From the NCBI GenBank assembly GCA_020891255.1, contig BQFW01000014.1, positions 930,001-994,000 on the forward strand: a DNA stretch of 64,000 bases, read 5' to 3'. Below the pieces are notes generated by a model that was not told the origin of the DNA, searched no databases, and saw only the letters and a list, made by a program, of their open reading frames with translations. Position numbers and translations under genes: made by a program. This DNA comes from Entomortierella parvispora E1425 (taxonomy: Eukaryota > Fungi > Mortierellomycota). Positions 38,873 through 51,313 of the stretch are shown here, one piece after another (within the stretch, counting starts at the first letter, position 1; each line of letters starts with the position of its first letter).

Positions 38873-40077
38873 ATGGTAATACATCGCCGACTCACATCCG
38901 TTGGATGGATCCATCCATCCATCGATAGAACCGGGAACAGGACACCCACGCCTGCCCACCAAAGCGCCATCCATCATCGAGAGTCGACAGCTGTTTCTGA
39001 GGATTCTAGACTTTTTTGAGATCCTGTTCATCTACAGGAGATCAATCTTGCTCTGGAAGTGTGATCAAACTCGGATGGAGAAGGAATCCACTTGCCAACC
39101 TCTCAGATTCACCTTTGGTGGCAGGCTTGAGAGTCAATAGGAGCACCATCGACAATGCGCTGGAGCAAACTGGCGGGTTGTTGGTAGTGCTAGGTTCGGA
39201 CCTGGAGTGGGATCTACAACAAGACACGAATTTTTTTTTACGGATCTTGTTGAATCTCTCTGGCGGTCACTTTTGGACAACTCCTCTCTCGTTGACAGAA
39301 AAAGAATCTCAGAAGCTCCAACTTGAACCTGGGCAAAGCTGTTCTTGAACTATCGCCCAGCGACCCTCCGACCTCCCTTTCTCTCCTGGACTTTGAATTT
39401 CAGGCACCACTCGAGCAGTGTATTAACCTGATACCATCTCTCCATCTAAAATCAAATAGTCCAAGAAGGTCAAGTCCACCCCTAAGGTTCAGGAAAACAT
39501 CTCCCTCGGTCCCCAGGTCCGTGGTGACGAGGAGGTCTTTGGTGTTGCCCACATCTTTGCCTCTTTCAACGATACCTTCGTTCACATCACCGATTTGACC
39601 GGTCGTGAAACCATCTCCCGTGTCACCGGAGGCATGAAGGTCAAGGCCGATCGTGATGAGGCCTCCCCTTACGCCGCCATGTTGGCTGCCCAGGATGTTG
39701 CCGTCAAGTGCAAGGAGGTCGGTATCACCGCCCTCCACATCAAGCTCCGTGCCACCGGTGGTAACCGCTCCAAGACCCCCGGCCCCGGTGCCCAGTCTGC
39801 TCTCCGTGCCTTGGCTCGTGCCGGCATGAAGATTGGCCGTATTGGTAAGTGTTTTTTATATCATGTCGGACGTCCATTCGTCATTTTATTGAACGGATCA
39901 TATACTTGAGAAACGGAAAAAAAATCCTTTTTTTTTTCGACCTTCATTTATATTTTTTGAACAATGAAATACTTATGCACCTCCTTCCTCTATAAATTGT
40001 AATTTATAGAGGATGTCACCCCTACCCCTACCGATTCTACCCGCAAAAAGGGAGGTCGTCGTGGTCGTCGTCTGTAA
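38873..40077 (+). CDS. RPS14: 40S ribosomal protein S14 (uS11). ATG-only exon 38873-38875, then exons 39460-39844 and 40010-40077
   Basis: [48 protein letters not shown], ending [12 protein letters not shown]. Placement of the ATG exon is inferred. Confidence 0.96.
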
Positions 40078-40639
40078 AGAAGACAAAAAAAAAAGGGAGA
40101 AAATGTTGTGGAATTATGGGGAAAGGAGAGAAGAGAGAGAGGTCGAAAAGAAGACGTCGGTTTTTGTGGGATGGCAACATCCCTTTCCTTTTTCTTTTTT
40201 TCTACTCTTGATCATTTCTCTCGGAACCTATTCATCGCTTTTTCTTTTCAATTTTTTTTTGCCTGTCTTTACGCGGGAAACAAAAATGTCTTTGTCCGAA
40301 AAATCGAGAAATCAAGTACTCCGTCAAGAGAAACCCAATGTCTTTTTTTTTCCAAGCAAGGGGATTCAAGGACACCGTCAAGTAGCAAGAGGAAACCATT
40401 CATGAAGATGAATAAAACAAAAAAGCACCTGTACATATTTTTTCTTTGGTTTATTCGTTGAAGGAAAGGGGAGCTATTGTGATTTTTTTTTTTAGTTTTT
40501 TTTTTTTTTTGGAACATGACACACTTTTTGGGAGGAAAAGTCTATGTTTTTTTCTTTGAGAGTTGGAAGTAGTAGGAAGAGATAGATACGTTTTTGGCAT
40601 TCAAAGAACAAAGCACAGAAAGAATCGTGTCACCTCTTT

Positions 40640-43600
40640 TCAAAGCTGTGCCATTTGAGCGTAGCTCATGGGTCCAGCAGTCAGACCTGCTGCCTCCACC
40701 TTGTCAGAGAGGGAGAGGGATGAGGTCGCAAGATCCAAGATGGTCATGGCCGATTTTTCATCCTCGCCCCCCGAAGAGGAGGCACAAGAGCCTTCGCCAC
40801 CCTCACGGCTAGTCAAACTGATGGGGGTCATGGATCCGGTGGCAGAGTAGCCCTGTGTGGTTTGTTGTTGAGGATGAAAGAGTCCAGCTCTTGTCGCGTT
40901 TGTCCGTCCTGGCTGACCTTCCCGCTTGACCTGCACCTGGGCACCATCTTGGTCCAGGACAGCGTCGTCATCAATCTTGAATTGAACTTCATCCGCATCC
41001 AGTGGGAAGGGACAGAATGGATCAGGTGTCGAGTTCCTCTCCTTGTAATGGGATCCACCACCTCCAGTCTCGATATCTCCCTCGAAAGATGATGTGACGG
41101 AGGAATCATGGGGATGACGACCATAGTGCTGCTGATGATGCTGGTGGTGGTAAAGATTGGCGTGGTCCTGGAAAGAGAAAGATCCCTGTCGAGATTGCGT
41201 AGGGATCAACATTGCAAGGGGAGAGACTGACGCGTTGTCCATATCGTATGACTGTTGGAAAAGTCGCTGCTGCTGCGGTTGCTGATGCTGCTGGTGGTCA
41301 AACTCTTGAAAAGAAGACTGAAACTGGATATCCGCAATTCGGTTTTGCGAGCCTGAAGTAAATGAGTAGTTAGAATATGAACTATTGCAGCGCTTGCAAT
41401 GGTACAACAAGATTGCCTTGCCATATCAAGTTACCTGCACCAGTCAAGGACGCGTTCTCAAAACGAAACAGCACATCATCATCTTCGTCTTTGTCCTCTA
41501 CCAAAGATCCGGAAGAAGGTGACGGCAACATGGTTGATGACCGAACAGTGTCCATGCTTATTCCCTGCTGAATATCGTCCTGGCGACTTTGTCGCCGCTG
41601 CCGTTCTCCTGTTGTCAGCAAATCATTCAACGAAGCTGGCAGATATCCCTGGTCGGATCCCATGTCATCTTCTGAATCCGTATACTCGTCTTCATCCTCA
41701 GCGACGATATCTTCAAAGCCAATGGTGCTTGGTCGCCTTCTCAACGTAGTCTCATCTGCGACCTCACCCTGGCTATGAGCACCACTGCTAGTGTAGAGGT
41801 CATGAAGCTCGGGGATAGAATGTAATCGAAGAGGAGACGATGTGTTCACTTCGTTCTCACAAGAAACTGAAAGAAACAACGCCTTATTGCCAGCATGGTA
41901 AAATGGGGATGATGGAAGTGCTGCTCCATTACCCTCTGCGGCCATAGGCGTCAGACGAAAGATATCAGGAAGGGATCTTTGACGGATGGGCAAAGGTGCG
42001 GCCAGATGCCTACGAACTCGGCTCTCCAAAAGCCCTAGAGGATTTCCATTGCCATTCGAATGTCTAATACCGTTGGCATCCAAGGTGGTAGAGTCCTCTT
42101 CAGAAAATGGTGAATGGTTTCCTCCCAAGCCAAAAGCACCGTTCGCGCTGTAAATTGACTCGGAAGAACTCCGGACCAAGGTAGACTTCAGGAACCCCTG
42201 ATGCTGACTGGGCGACCGACCTCCCATCATAAACTCGACGTTGTTATTGTTGAAATGAATACCTTGCTGTTGCTGAATGGAGGAGGCCAGGTTATTTCCA
42301 TTCGGGTTGTTGTTGTTGTAAGGAGGTGAAAGAGGTTCGGAAGGCCATAGATTGTTCAGAATAGCCCCACTAGACGCCCTCCTTTCCAATCGATTCCTCC
42401 CGAGGTTGCTTCCGCTCCCGTTACCGCTTAGAAGAGACTTGCGATCCTGAGCTGGGAAGGTATGTGCGAGTGAACATTTCATCCCAAACTTGCAGTTGCC
42501 TTTCAAAAAGTATTTGCACACATGAGTCTCTGCGACTGGATCCCGATTATGAGAGAATAGGCAGTTCTTGCCAGCTGTGCATGCCCCACTCTTGAAAAAC
42601 TTGCATGGGATGTGCTGCAGATTTGCGGCTAATTATATAATCAGGGGTGGATTTGATATTGTTTTAGCCACAGCATTTTTGAAACATTAAAAGTCAAGGG
42701 ACAATAGCGCGGGAGACCAATGCGTCCTATCAGTTGTAACGCTTTTGTGGACATACCTTTCGAGGACTGTGATGGTGTTGGTGTCTGCCGAGGGAAGGGC
42801 AAGAGCGGAGGTCGGTCCATAGGCCAGAGAGGCGGTCGCTTGACAGAGTTGTTGTTCATCGCAAAGTTGTACGAATTGGGTGATCGCGCCATCATACCAG
42901 AAGGTGTCAAAGGAGGAGATGCGATGTGGAACATGTCCATCTGCGGTCCTTTGGTGGTCTCGTTCCAGCGATGTTGATCAAATCCTAGAGAAGGGTCTTG
43001 GTTGTTGAGTCCCTGAAAGAGCTGTTGCTGTTGCTGTTGCTGTGAGGGAGGTTGTGTTTGCGTGTGCCCCATTGTATCCATAGATGCGATGGATGGCATG
43101 TGAGAGCTCATACCCTGTACTGAATCCAGTCCTTGAAAGTGAGGGACCTGATGCTGTTGCTGCATTAGATGCATTTGTGTCTGCATGCTGTGTTGTTGAA
43201 AAGAGTTAGAGCTAGAGTTCGGTCTTGAAGTCTGCTGCTGTTGCTGCTGTTGCTGGAGTGGATGGACGGATCCAAACGATTGCGCAATTAATCCTGGATT
43301 CAGAGTCGAGCCAGACCTATCCCGTTGGAAGACAGAGCAAGCAGACAGGGGGGAGAAACAAAACGAGAGAGAGAGAGAGGATATTGTTAGTTTTCGCCTC
43401 TTTCTGCCCGTCTTGCGGCGGGCTTTGATGACATTGCTGTTGCTGTATTTTGGAGGTCAACGGGTCCCGCCAGGGAAAACTGCTCGGGGATGGGTCCAAT
43501 CAAGGCCCATTGTATCGCGACACAGAACGGGGGGGGGGGGGGGAAGAGAAGGAGGGGCATGCTCTCCTCCTCCCCTTCTCCCTTTCCTCCCCTCCCCATG

Positions 43601-44724
43601 CTTTGACTGAATCACACAGAGTTCGACCACTCTCGATTCCTCGCCACCGCGGATCGCGGGCCATGGGTCTTCCCGCTCCAATCTGATGTGGCGTGTGTGC
43701 TTGTCCTTTTCGTTCCCATCCTGCCCCTTTGCTTTTCCGACCTCCTTGAAATGAGCCAATACAGCCAAGCCATACAGCATCACAGCTGGCCTGTATCAAC
43801 AAGCCAAATGGACGACCCGCTCTCTTTTTTTTCATTTTGAACATGTACCCGGGAGAAACCACTCCATGTTCCGCCTCCGCTACGCTGCACCATGCACGCA
43901 CCACCCATGTCCTCCTCCCATCCGGACAAAAAGTAATAAAAAGAGAAAAGGGAATATAAAACAGGTGGCCCGTCTTCGTTTGTGTCCGAGCTTGTTTTTG
44001 TTTGTTTGGCCACCAAATACCAAAATCGCGCTCTCCTCTGATCCCCCCCCCACTTTTTACTTTTACTTTCGCCCCCCTTTGTCGGCGATTGGGTCTCCGC
44101 TCTGGATGCCCGCACGCGTGTGCGCCACTGTGGACAGTCGAGGAGACGCGAAGAGGGTCGTACCTTGACCTCAAAGTTGGCGTCTTTGGTCGAATTCAGG
44201 TCGAATTAACGGCCATTTGCTCCTTTTTTTTTTTTTTTTTTGCTTCATGTCATTCCATTTCCAGCTGCCCTGGAAAATAAAAGAGGTTTTTACCTTGGCA
44301 AAGGTGGAAAGTCATTGACCATCCAGGAAGAACCACCAGGCTTGTCCAAAGGTCCAACAGGCCGTTGTTGCTGCTGCTGTTGTTGTTGCTGTTGCTGAAG
44401 TTGCTGCTGCAATTGCAAATGAGCTTGTAGCTGCTGCTGTTCTTGGAAATGCATTTGGAAAGAGTTTTGTCTCGACTCATTCAATGACTGGATTTGAATC
44501 ACGGGCGCCACTGGAGTCTGCTGTTGCTGTTGAAGTTGTTGCTGTTGTTGGAACTGGAGTTGGTGATGTTGGATATGTTGCTGAAGCTGCTGTTGTTGCT
44601 GTTGATTAGAATACTCTTGCGATGTATGAAGATCCTGCTGTTGTTGTTGCTGCTGCTGGGACAGCGACTGACTGGGTGCCGTTGCTGTTTCAACGCCAGT
44701 CGAGGCCTGATGAAGTGCCAACAT
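40640..44724 (-). CDS. Tandem CCCH zinc-finger protein (Lee1/Cps3-like) with Q-rich N-terminus. Four exons, intron 1 about 43188-44294
   Basis: HIPCKFFKSGACTAGKNCLFSH and VCKYFLKGNCKFGMKCSLAH. GT-AG junctions link ORFs 44290-44724, 42641-43186, 41382-42521 and 40640-41410 in frame. Confidence 0.85.
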
Positions 44725-44957
44725 GCTGACACTTCCCTACTTTTGATTCTTGTTTCTCTTGAGAAATCAGAGGAAGAAACAAAAGCAAGGGGAGAGAGAG
44801 CAGAATCTGAGAGGGAAGGGGTCCAGGGGTTCTTCTTGACAGAGTTATTCGGAAGCTCTTCCTTATTCGTGAGGTCAGGAGGATATAGCTGGGGGAAGGG
44901 GGAAACAAAAGCAGTTGGCGCAGCGGCAAAGTGGAGGTGAGTCGTTTTTTTTTTTTG

Positions 44958-44961
<4 letters not shown>

Positions 44962-44998
<37 letters not shown>
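44962..44998. repeat. (TG)n microsatellite upstream of the CCCH gene
   Basis: Read directly from the sequence. Confidence 0.9.
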
Positions 44999-44999
<1 letters not shown>

Positions 45000-45100
45000 G
45001 TGTGCGTAAGGGTAGTAATGAGAGAGAGAGAGAGAATATCGCGAGTGGTAACTAGATAACGAGATTGTGGATGGAAGAGAGCTAGTTGGGCGATGACAAA

Positions 45101-45146
45101 GAGGAAGAAGAAGAGGAAGAAGAGGAAGAAGAGGAAGAAGAGGAAG
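45101..45146. repeat. (GAAGAGGAA)n purine-rich tandem repeat
   Basis: Read directly from the sequence. It produces a spurious poly-E ORF call. Confidence 0.8.
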
Positions 45147-46955
45147 GAGGAGGAAAGGAGGAGGAAAGGAGGGGGGAAAGAAAGTATGAGTCGAATAAAA
45201 AAAAGGAAGTGTCTTTGAGATTTTGTCCCAAGGTAAGGGACAGACAGATAGGGTCGAGGAAAGAGGAGGCAGGAAAAGGGAAAAGGGAAAGGATGTGTGG
45301 TTTTTTATGGTCCGAGGTCAGGACAACCAGCTAGCGGATGGGACGAGCGAGGAAGAGAAGAAGAAAGAGGATAGAGGGAGAAGAAGGAAGAAGAGGAAAT
45401 GGAACAGGACAAGAAGGAGAATGGGAGAATGAAGGAAACCAACTTGACCTCGACAAAAAGAGAAAAGGGAAGAGGGTCCCTGTTTGATCGACTCAGTTTG
45501 CACTCTCCTCTCCTCCTCTTGTCTTTCCCGCACTCTTCAATCCCTGCTGTTTCTGTGTCCTCTTGCCATCCTCTAGTGTGTGTATTGTCTGCACTACCAC
45601 CTCGATCTATCTTTCTATCTACCTATCTATCCCTTCGCCGCCGTCCTCTTCGCACTCTGTGGGCTTTCCTTCCTTTCTTCCTTCCTTCGCTCTTTCCCCC
45701 CTTCCCCTTGTTCCTTTTGCCAGCATTCTGACTTCAAAACAACAAGGACGAGAGCAAAAAAGAAGCAAAGCGAACAGGCGACGACAAGGGGGTTCCATTC
45801 AAAAGGGAGACAAAAGGGCGGGGCGCGTGAGCGCCTGTTACTGCCGCTCCCTAACCGGCTGGCTGCGGGCAATGGGTCCAACGCTGGATGGATCGCTGTG
45901 AAATCTGTATATGTCCTGTCTGTTGTGGACGGATGAATGCCGGGATAACAAAGTACCCACTCACCAGAAAGTTATAAAAAAAGGGGGGGCCAGAGGCGTT
46001 AGAGAGAGGGAGACAGAGGGTCACAGAACGGAAACGAGGGGAAAGAAGGGATAAAATAAATATTCAGGAGCTCTTTTTCTTTTTTCTTTTTTTTTTTGCA
46101 TCTGCAAGGAAAGGGAAAAAAAGGAAGCCATGACGGAAACTAGAGTCGTCAGAATCGCAGAGTGCTGAGTGGTTGCGGATAACTGGAAAGAGAAAAGGGC
46201 AAACGGAGAAAAGACATGCCTCCTTGCTGAGTGAAAGAAAAAAAACCGACGCGTTTGCAGGCCCTGTTGACCTCATCGGGCTTTTCTGTCTGTCTGTCTG
46301 CTCCTTTTTCTCTTTCTCTCTCTCTCATTTTCTTGCTCGCTCCCTTCACCTTAGTTTATCCCCATCTTCGGCTGTATGAAAACTTGAATAGAGACTTGAC
46401 CTGGTCCCCCGCGGGTCGATTTTGGATGAGAGGATGGGAAAGGAGATAGACGTCATTCATTGCAGGGAACTTTTTTTTTCTTCTTGAGGGAAACTTTGAA
46501 GACAGCGGGAGAGGGAGAAGAAGAGGGACATGTCATTTATGGGAGGGGAGGGGGAGACGGCAAAATAAAAGAAAGAAAAGAAAAGAAAGAGAGAGGGAGG
46601 AAGGAAGAAAAGGGAGCGTGGGCAAGTTGGGGGGAAGGGAAGGACGACTGGAAATGAAAAATCGATGTCAAACCACATGGCATGCGGGTGGCAAAGAATG
46701 AACCACCAGAGAATTGTTTTGTAAGAACACGGGAGAAGAAGGAGAGGAGAGGAGAGGAAAGGGAAGAGGGACGGGCGGGTGGGCAAGGCGTCATCTAAGG
46801 GTCTGCGTGCATGTTTGCCACTTTCCTTCGCTTTGTCACCTGCGGAATCTTCATCCTACTTCAAAACGGGATTTACAAGAAGAAAAACACGACCTCGGCG
46901 CGTCGCACAGAGGTGTGAATTGTAATCTTTATTGTATTTTGGATCAACTCTCCAG

Positions 46956-48970
46956 CTACCGCTCATCCTTTGGTAGCTTCCATAGCTTGGGATTGAGTGT
47001 TTCGAGATATCGGATGGTGGGTGCAATATAAAGCACTAACAAAGTTGCTCCAATAAAGACGCACATTGAACTAACATAGTAGTATCCGTCTTGTTGCATC
47101 TGACATTGGCCCCCCAAGGTCACGCAGTGGGACTTGCCGGGCTCGGATGCGCACGAGAACACTGGAATTATGGAGAAAAAATGGTCAGCATGTATGGGGT
47201 CATTCAATCACGAGTCAAACTACAGGGTGGGCGAACCTTCATCATTGCTATCCAGGACCGAGCAGGTGGAGACAGTGAAGTAGTCCACTGCTTTGAGAAC
47301 AAAGAATCGAGGCCATGTTCCTCCAAGATTACTCAATGTGTTCAATAACTAGTGAACAAAACGGATTGAGGAAGAATCAGCAGACCCTTCTCTGTGGAAG
47401 TAGTGGGTATCTCTAGTCAGGGCTCTTACCGTCATATAAGTTCCTCCAATAACTGGATCCGCAATAACCGTCATGAAAGCGCCCATGCTCACGAATGCAA
47501 CAGTGCTGGATGGATAATAGAAGTTAGAGATTGCTCTTGCGCAAAATGATCGTTTTAAGAAACAGGATCGACCATCTTACCTGGTGAAGGATGTAGTGAC
47601 GGTCGTTGCGAGAACCATGTAAAAGTAAGTTGGGGTCACAACTCCATCCTCTGGGAAGCTGCTCACAATCAACATGGCGATAACGCAGCAGACCAAATGT
47701 GCACAAAATGCCCAAAGCCACTGCCATTAATAATACAGAGAGATGAGAAATTAGTAACCGATAATTGCAGGAAAACATCACAAAATTTCATAGAACTGGT
47801 GCTTTGGACTCACAGGCTTGAGCGGCCGTGGACCAGAACTCCAGCGGACTGCATAGTATCCAAAGATGATTTGGAATGGAAAGTCGATCAACACTGCCAG
47901 CGCGAGATCTTCCTTGCTGAATCCCTTCTCTAATAACTTGAGGGCCGTCACTGCCCCATTGGCGATGAATCCAATCTTGGCTGTCAACAACACAATCATG
48001 AACGACTTCATGTGCGGTAACCGAATGATCCGAAGGATGATCCTGTAGACAGACTTGATGTCAATTTCGCCCTCGTCTACATGTGACCGCTCCTCCTTCT
48101 TGAGGAAAACAAGCCAGAGTGTAATGGCGAAATACAGCATGGACCAAAATTTCAGATAGCCGCCAAGAGGGACCAGGCCAACGTCCTGGGGAACAGTCCG
48201 AAAGTACTTGTTACTGAACTCGGGGGAGTTAAAGGCCAAAAATACAGTAAAGGATAAAAAGTATCCGGAATTCAATCCGATCGTCTGAGCGGTCGATGCA
48301 AACGAAACATTATCCTTGGACAGAAGCGTCAGCGCCCAACCATCGACAGCAATGTCCTGGGTGGCGGAGAAAAAGACGAGTACGAAGAAGACAGCTGTCA
48401 AGGTTCCAATGGCTATCTGATCCTGTGCCATCCAGTAGTCAATGTTAACCCCGAGCCACAGAAACATGAATCCCGTCAACAGCTGAATAGGGACGATCCA
48501 TGATTTCCTGCGACCCAGATCCTTGCTGTAGACAGCATCGACAATCGGCGACCATAGAAACTTCATGCTGTAAGGATAGTGCGCCAATGAAAATACTCCA
48601 ATCTGAGTGTAACTCAATTTGGCCTTGAGTAGGAAGGGGATACTCCCGAATGCCAACCCAACCGGAACCCCTTGGAGCAGATCTAAAAAGAGAATCCATT
48701 TAGTCGTTCTGAATTGGTCGTCGAATGTCCTTCCAGGGAAGCAAACAGTCTGTCGTAGCCCTTACAAAGTACGACCAAAAGTAGAAAGTTCCAGCTGTCC
48801 TTAGAGGTCATTGACTGAGACACAGTTTCCTTTTCGTCCATTGCCAAGGATGTATGGAGCTCAGACCTGTCTTCTGGAGACGGTGAGGGCGATCCACGTC
48901 TTGTCAACATTAGCTCTTCCCGTTCATCGTCGCCTAAAAGATTGTCCGCTCGGGTCTTTCTTGCCAACAT
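46956..48970 (-). CDS. Acetyl-CoA transporter 1 (SLC33A1/AT-1 family MFS), multi-exon
   Basis: LLQGVPVGLAFGSIPFLL, PYSMKFLWSPIVDA, RRKSWIVP, ATQDIAVDGWAL, STAQTIGLNSGYF, C-terminal QDGYY. Confidence 0.92.
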
Positions 48971-49938
48971 GGTATGGAGTTCTCCTTGTTCTGTTCTAAT
49001 ATGTTGAATAAACGATCACGAATCCTGTCAATGACAACTCTATTGAGAAACACTTGAATACCAGGGCCCAATGCAGTCTTCTGCAGTCATCGCACCAGTG
49101 GGTCAGGCAGCTGCACGTCGATTGTGAGCTTGGGTTGTCACGTTTGTCAACTGGGCCTGAACCAGGGCAATGGACTGTGTGGAATGAGCCAATCGCGATC
49201 AAAAAGCGTTTTCAGGCGGGCAGTCCACCAGGGCCAAGATTAGCACGAGAGAATGACAGACTGACGTGGGGGTGATGAGGGAGACGAGAGGCGAATGGAA
49301 GGAGACAGAATGAAGAGAGAAAGAGATGGCCGTTGGCTGCGTTTGTGTGGAACGACCAAAAAGAGAAGAAAAAAAAATCGCGCGAGCCCACCGTGCGCCA
49401 CATCCCCATTCGACAGGCAGGTGCTCTGGTGGACAACGATCGGGCTGCACAGTGCTGTATGTAAGGGAGATAACCATCATTTCATCCACTCCGTGCCGCG
49501 TATTTCATGAACGAAATACAAGAATAAGGGCATGTTGCCAACCCTTGAGTCCCACTCTTACGCACGTGCTACATATCATACATGGAAACGCAGCATTGCA
49601 GCCAGTTTGCACTGTGCGCGTCGCACTCATGTTAGCAGGGTTTGTGAGCTGTTGTCCATTGAACGTAAATATCAGGCGATTTTGTCAAGAACTGACCAAC
49701 AGTTGCTGTCGCGATTACTTATCCATGTATATATTTGGTAACAAAAACAGTCTAGTCTGCATCGGCCTTCTCCTCCTCTGTCGACGTTCCTCTTATTTTT
49801 TTTTTGTGGGTGTGTCAATGCATGTATGTCACTGCCTCAGAACTTGCTGCAGTGTCTCTCATGCAATGTTTTGTTTCGTCTGGGGTCGGGTTATGGTGGT
49901 TTTGTTTGTTTTCATTCTTTCTGCTCAATAAATATGCT

Positions 49939-50835
49939 TTAGAATCCGAGCTCCTCCTTGGTCTCAACACCCAACTGGGTCTTGAGGGGGGCGAGCTCAT
50001 CCATGTACTGCTTGAAAAGAGCATCCGATCCGGCTTTGACCTTCAATCCCTCAAAGATGCGGACAGCAGTGGGGTAGTCGTTGACGCGTCTGGCAGCCTT
50101 GAGGGCAGCCTCGATGACGGAGGTCGAGGGGACGAGATCGTAACCGAAGGCGTTGTTCAATCCACGCTGGAGCTCAAAGAGATCATCGACGTTGTCAAAG
50201 AACTTGACGAAACGCTCAGTGAAGTGCTCGAAGGTCTCCTCACCGTGCTCCGAAGAGTAGTTGCGGACTATAGGAAAAAATAGTAAAAAAAAAAAGAGTC
50301 GATTCCCGTTAATATCTTGACACGCTTCTTCAATTGTCCTTGTAAGTGTATGTTCAAGGAGTGTGAGAGAGTCTGCAGGGTTGGGAGTCAGTGTTGGGAG
50401 TCAGTGCTGGGAGTCATGTCGAACAGGGAGTTCCAGCTTTGGCGTATCCGTGGTTGTCCCTTGCCCAATTCAGGACATGTCCCGTGTTCCAGAGATCCCG
50501 GTTCATCTCCGGATTGGCGTTCCGAACGCGCAATTTTAGGACATCAAGGTCGGACCGGTCGTGGAAGATGACTTCTACTCTGAAGCATCCTCAGTAGGGT
50601 GACCTTGGCGGCCATTGGCAATCACTGAAGCACCCTGGCTGACGTTCAGAGCCTCGTGGGCAACCGGAATGATTTCCGAAAGACACGGGCATGTTGATCC
50701 GGATCCTAGGTCCATTTGACAAAAGAAAAAACAGAGAGAGTATTTACTCTGGACGGCGGTGCGGGCGACGGCAACGCGGGGGGCCTGGGCGGCAACGGAG
50801 CGGGTAAGAGCGACGCGGCTGATGGTTCTCAACAT
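49939..50835 (-). CDS. COX6: Cytochrome c oxidase subunit (yeast Cox6 / mammalian Va) precursor. Intron 50268-50747
   Basis: Mitochondrial presequence MLRTISRVALTRSVAA, then LFELQRGLNNAFGYDLVPSTSVIEAALKAARRVNDYPTAVRIFEGLKVK. Confidence 0.95.
50381..50419. repeat. 13-nt tandem repeat, 3 copies (TTGGGAGTCAGTG), in the COX6 intron
   Basis: Copies at 50381, 50394 and a degenerate copy at 50407. Confidence 0.85.
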
Positions 50836-51313
50836 GATTGGAGGTCTGTGATGTGATGGAGGATGAGGAATCGAATCAATTGAGGCCTCCCATGAGGAAC
50901 TATGTTTCCTTGATGTCTATCGGATGAACCACACGTGACTGGTGACATCTCTGGAGTCATTCCAGTCGCGCGTGTTAACAAGCAAGCTCGAGTCTCACTC
51001 CATCCCCAAGTGTTCGAAATCAAAGAGCCAAGCCGCAGAAATCCACTCTGACAATCCCAGGTCTGTCCTGCAAAATGCGCCCAATCGTCGCAGGCTGACA
51101 AAACGAACCTGACAAATCCTGAACGAAGGTGTTATCTTGCTCCTGCCTTTCGCCATCCTGCTTCCCTCACCTCGTTCCCCTGTCTTTAAATACCCTTAGT
51201 GCTGCCCTGCCTGTCTTCGCTATATCTCCACTCACCCAACTTGTTCTTGCTATCCCCAGTCCGCCCATTCACTCCCTCTCTTCGCCTGATCTCAACATAC
51301 CTCCCTGCTGCCA

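Noticed and set aside
45000-46900. E/K/R-rich and F/L/S-rich ORFs upstream of the CCCH gene
   Set aside because: They arise from purine/pyrimidine low-complexity promoter and leader sequence.
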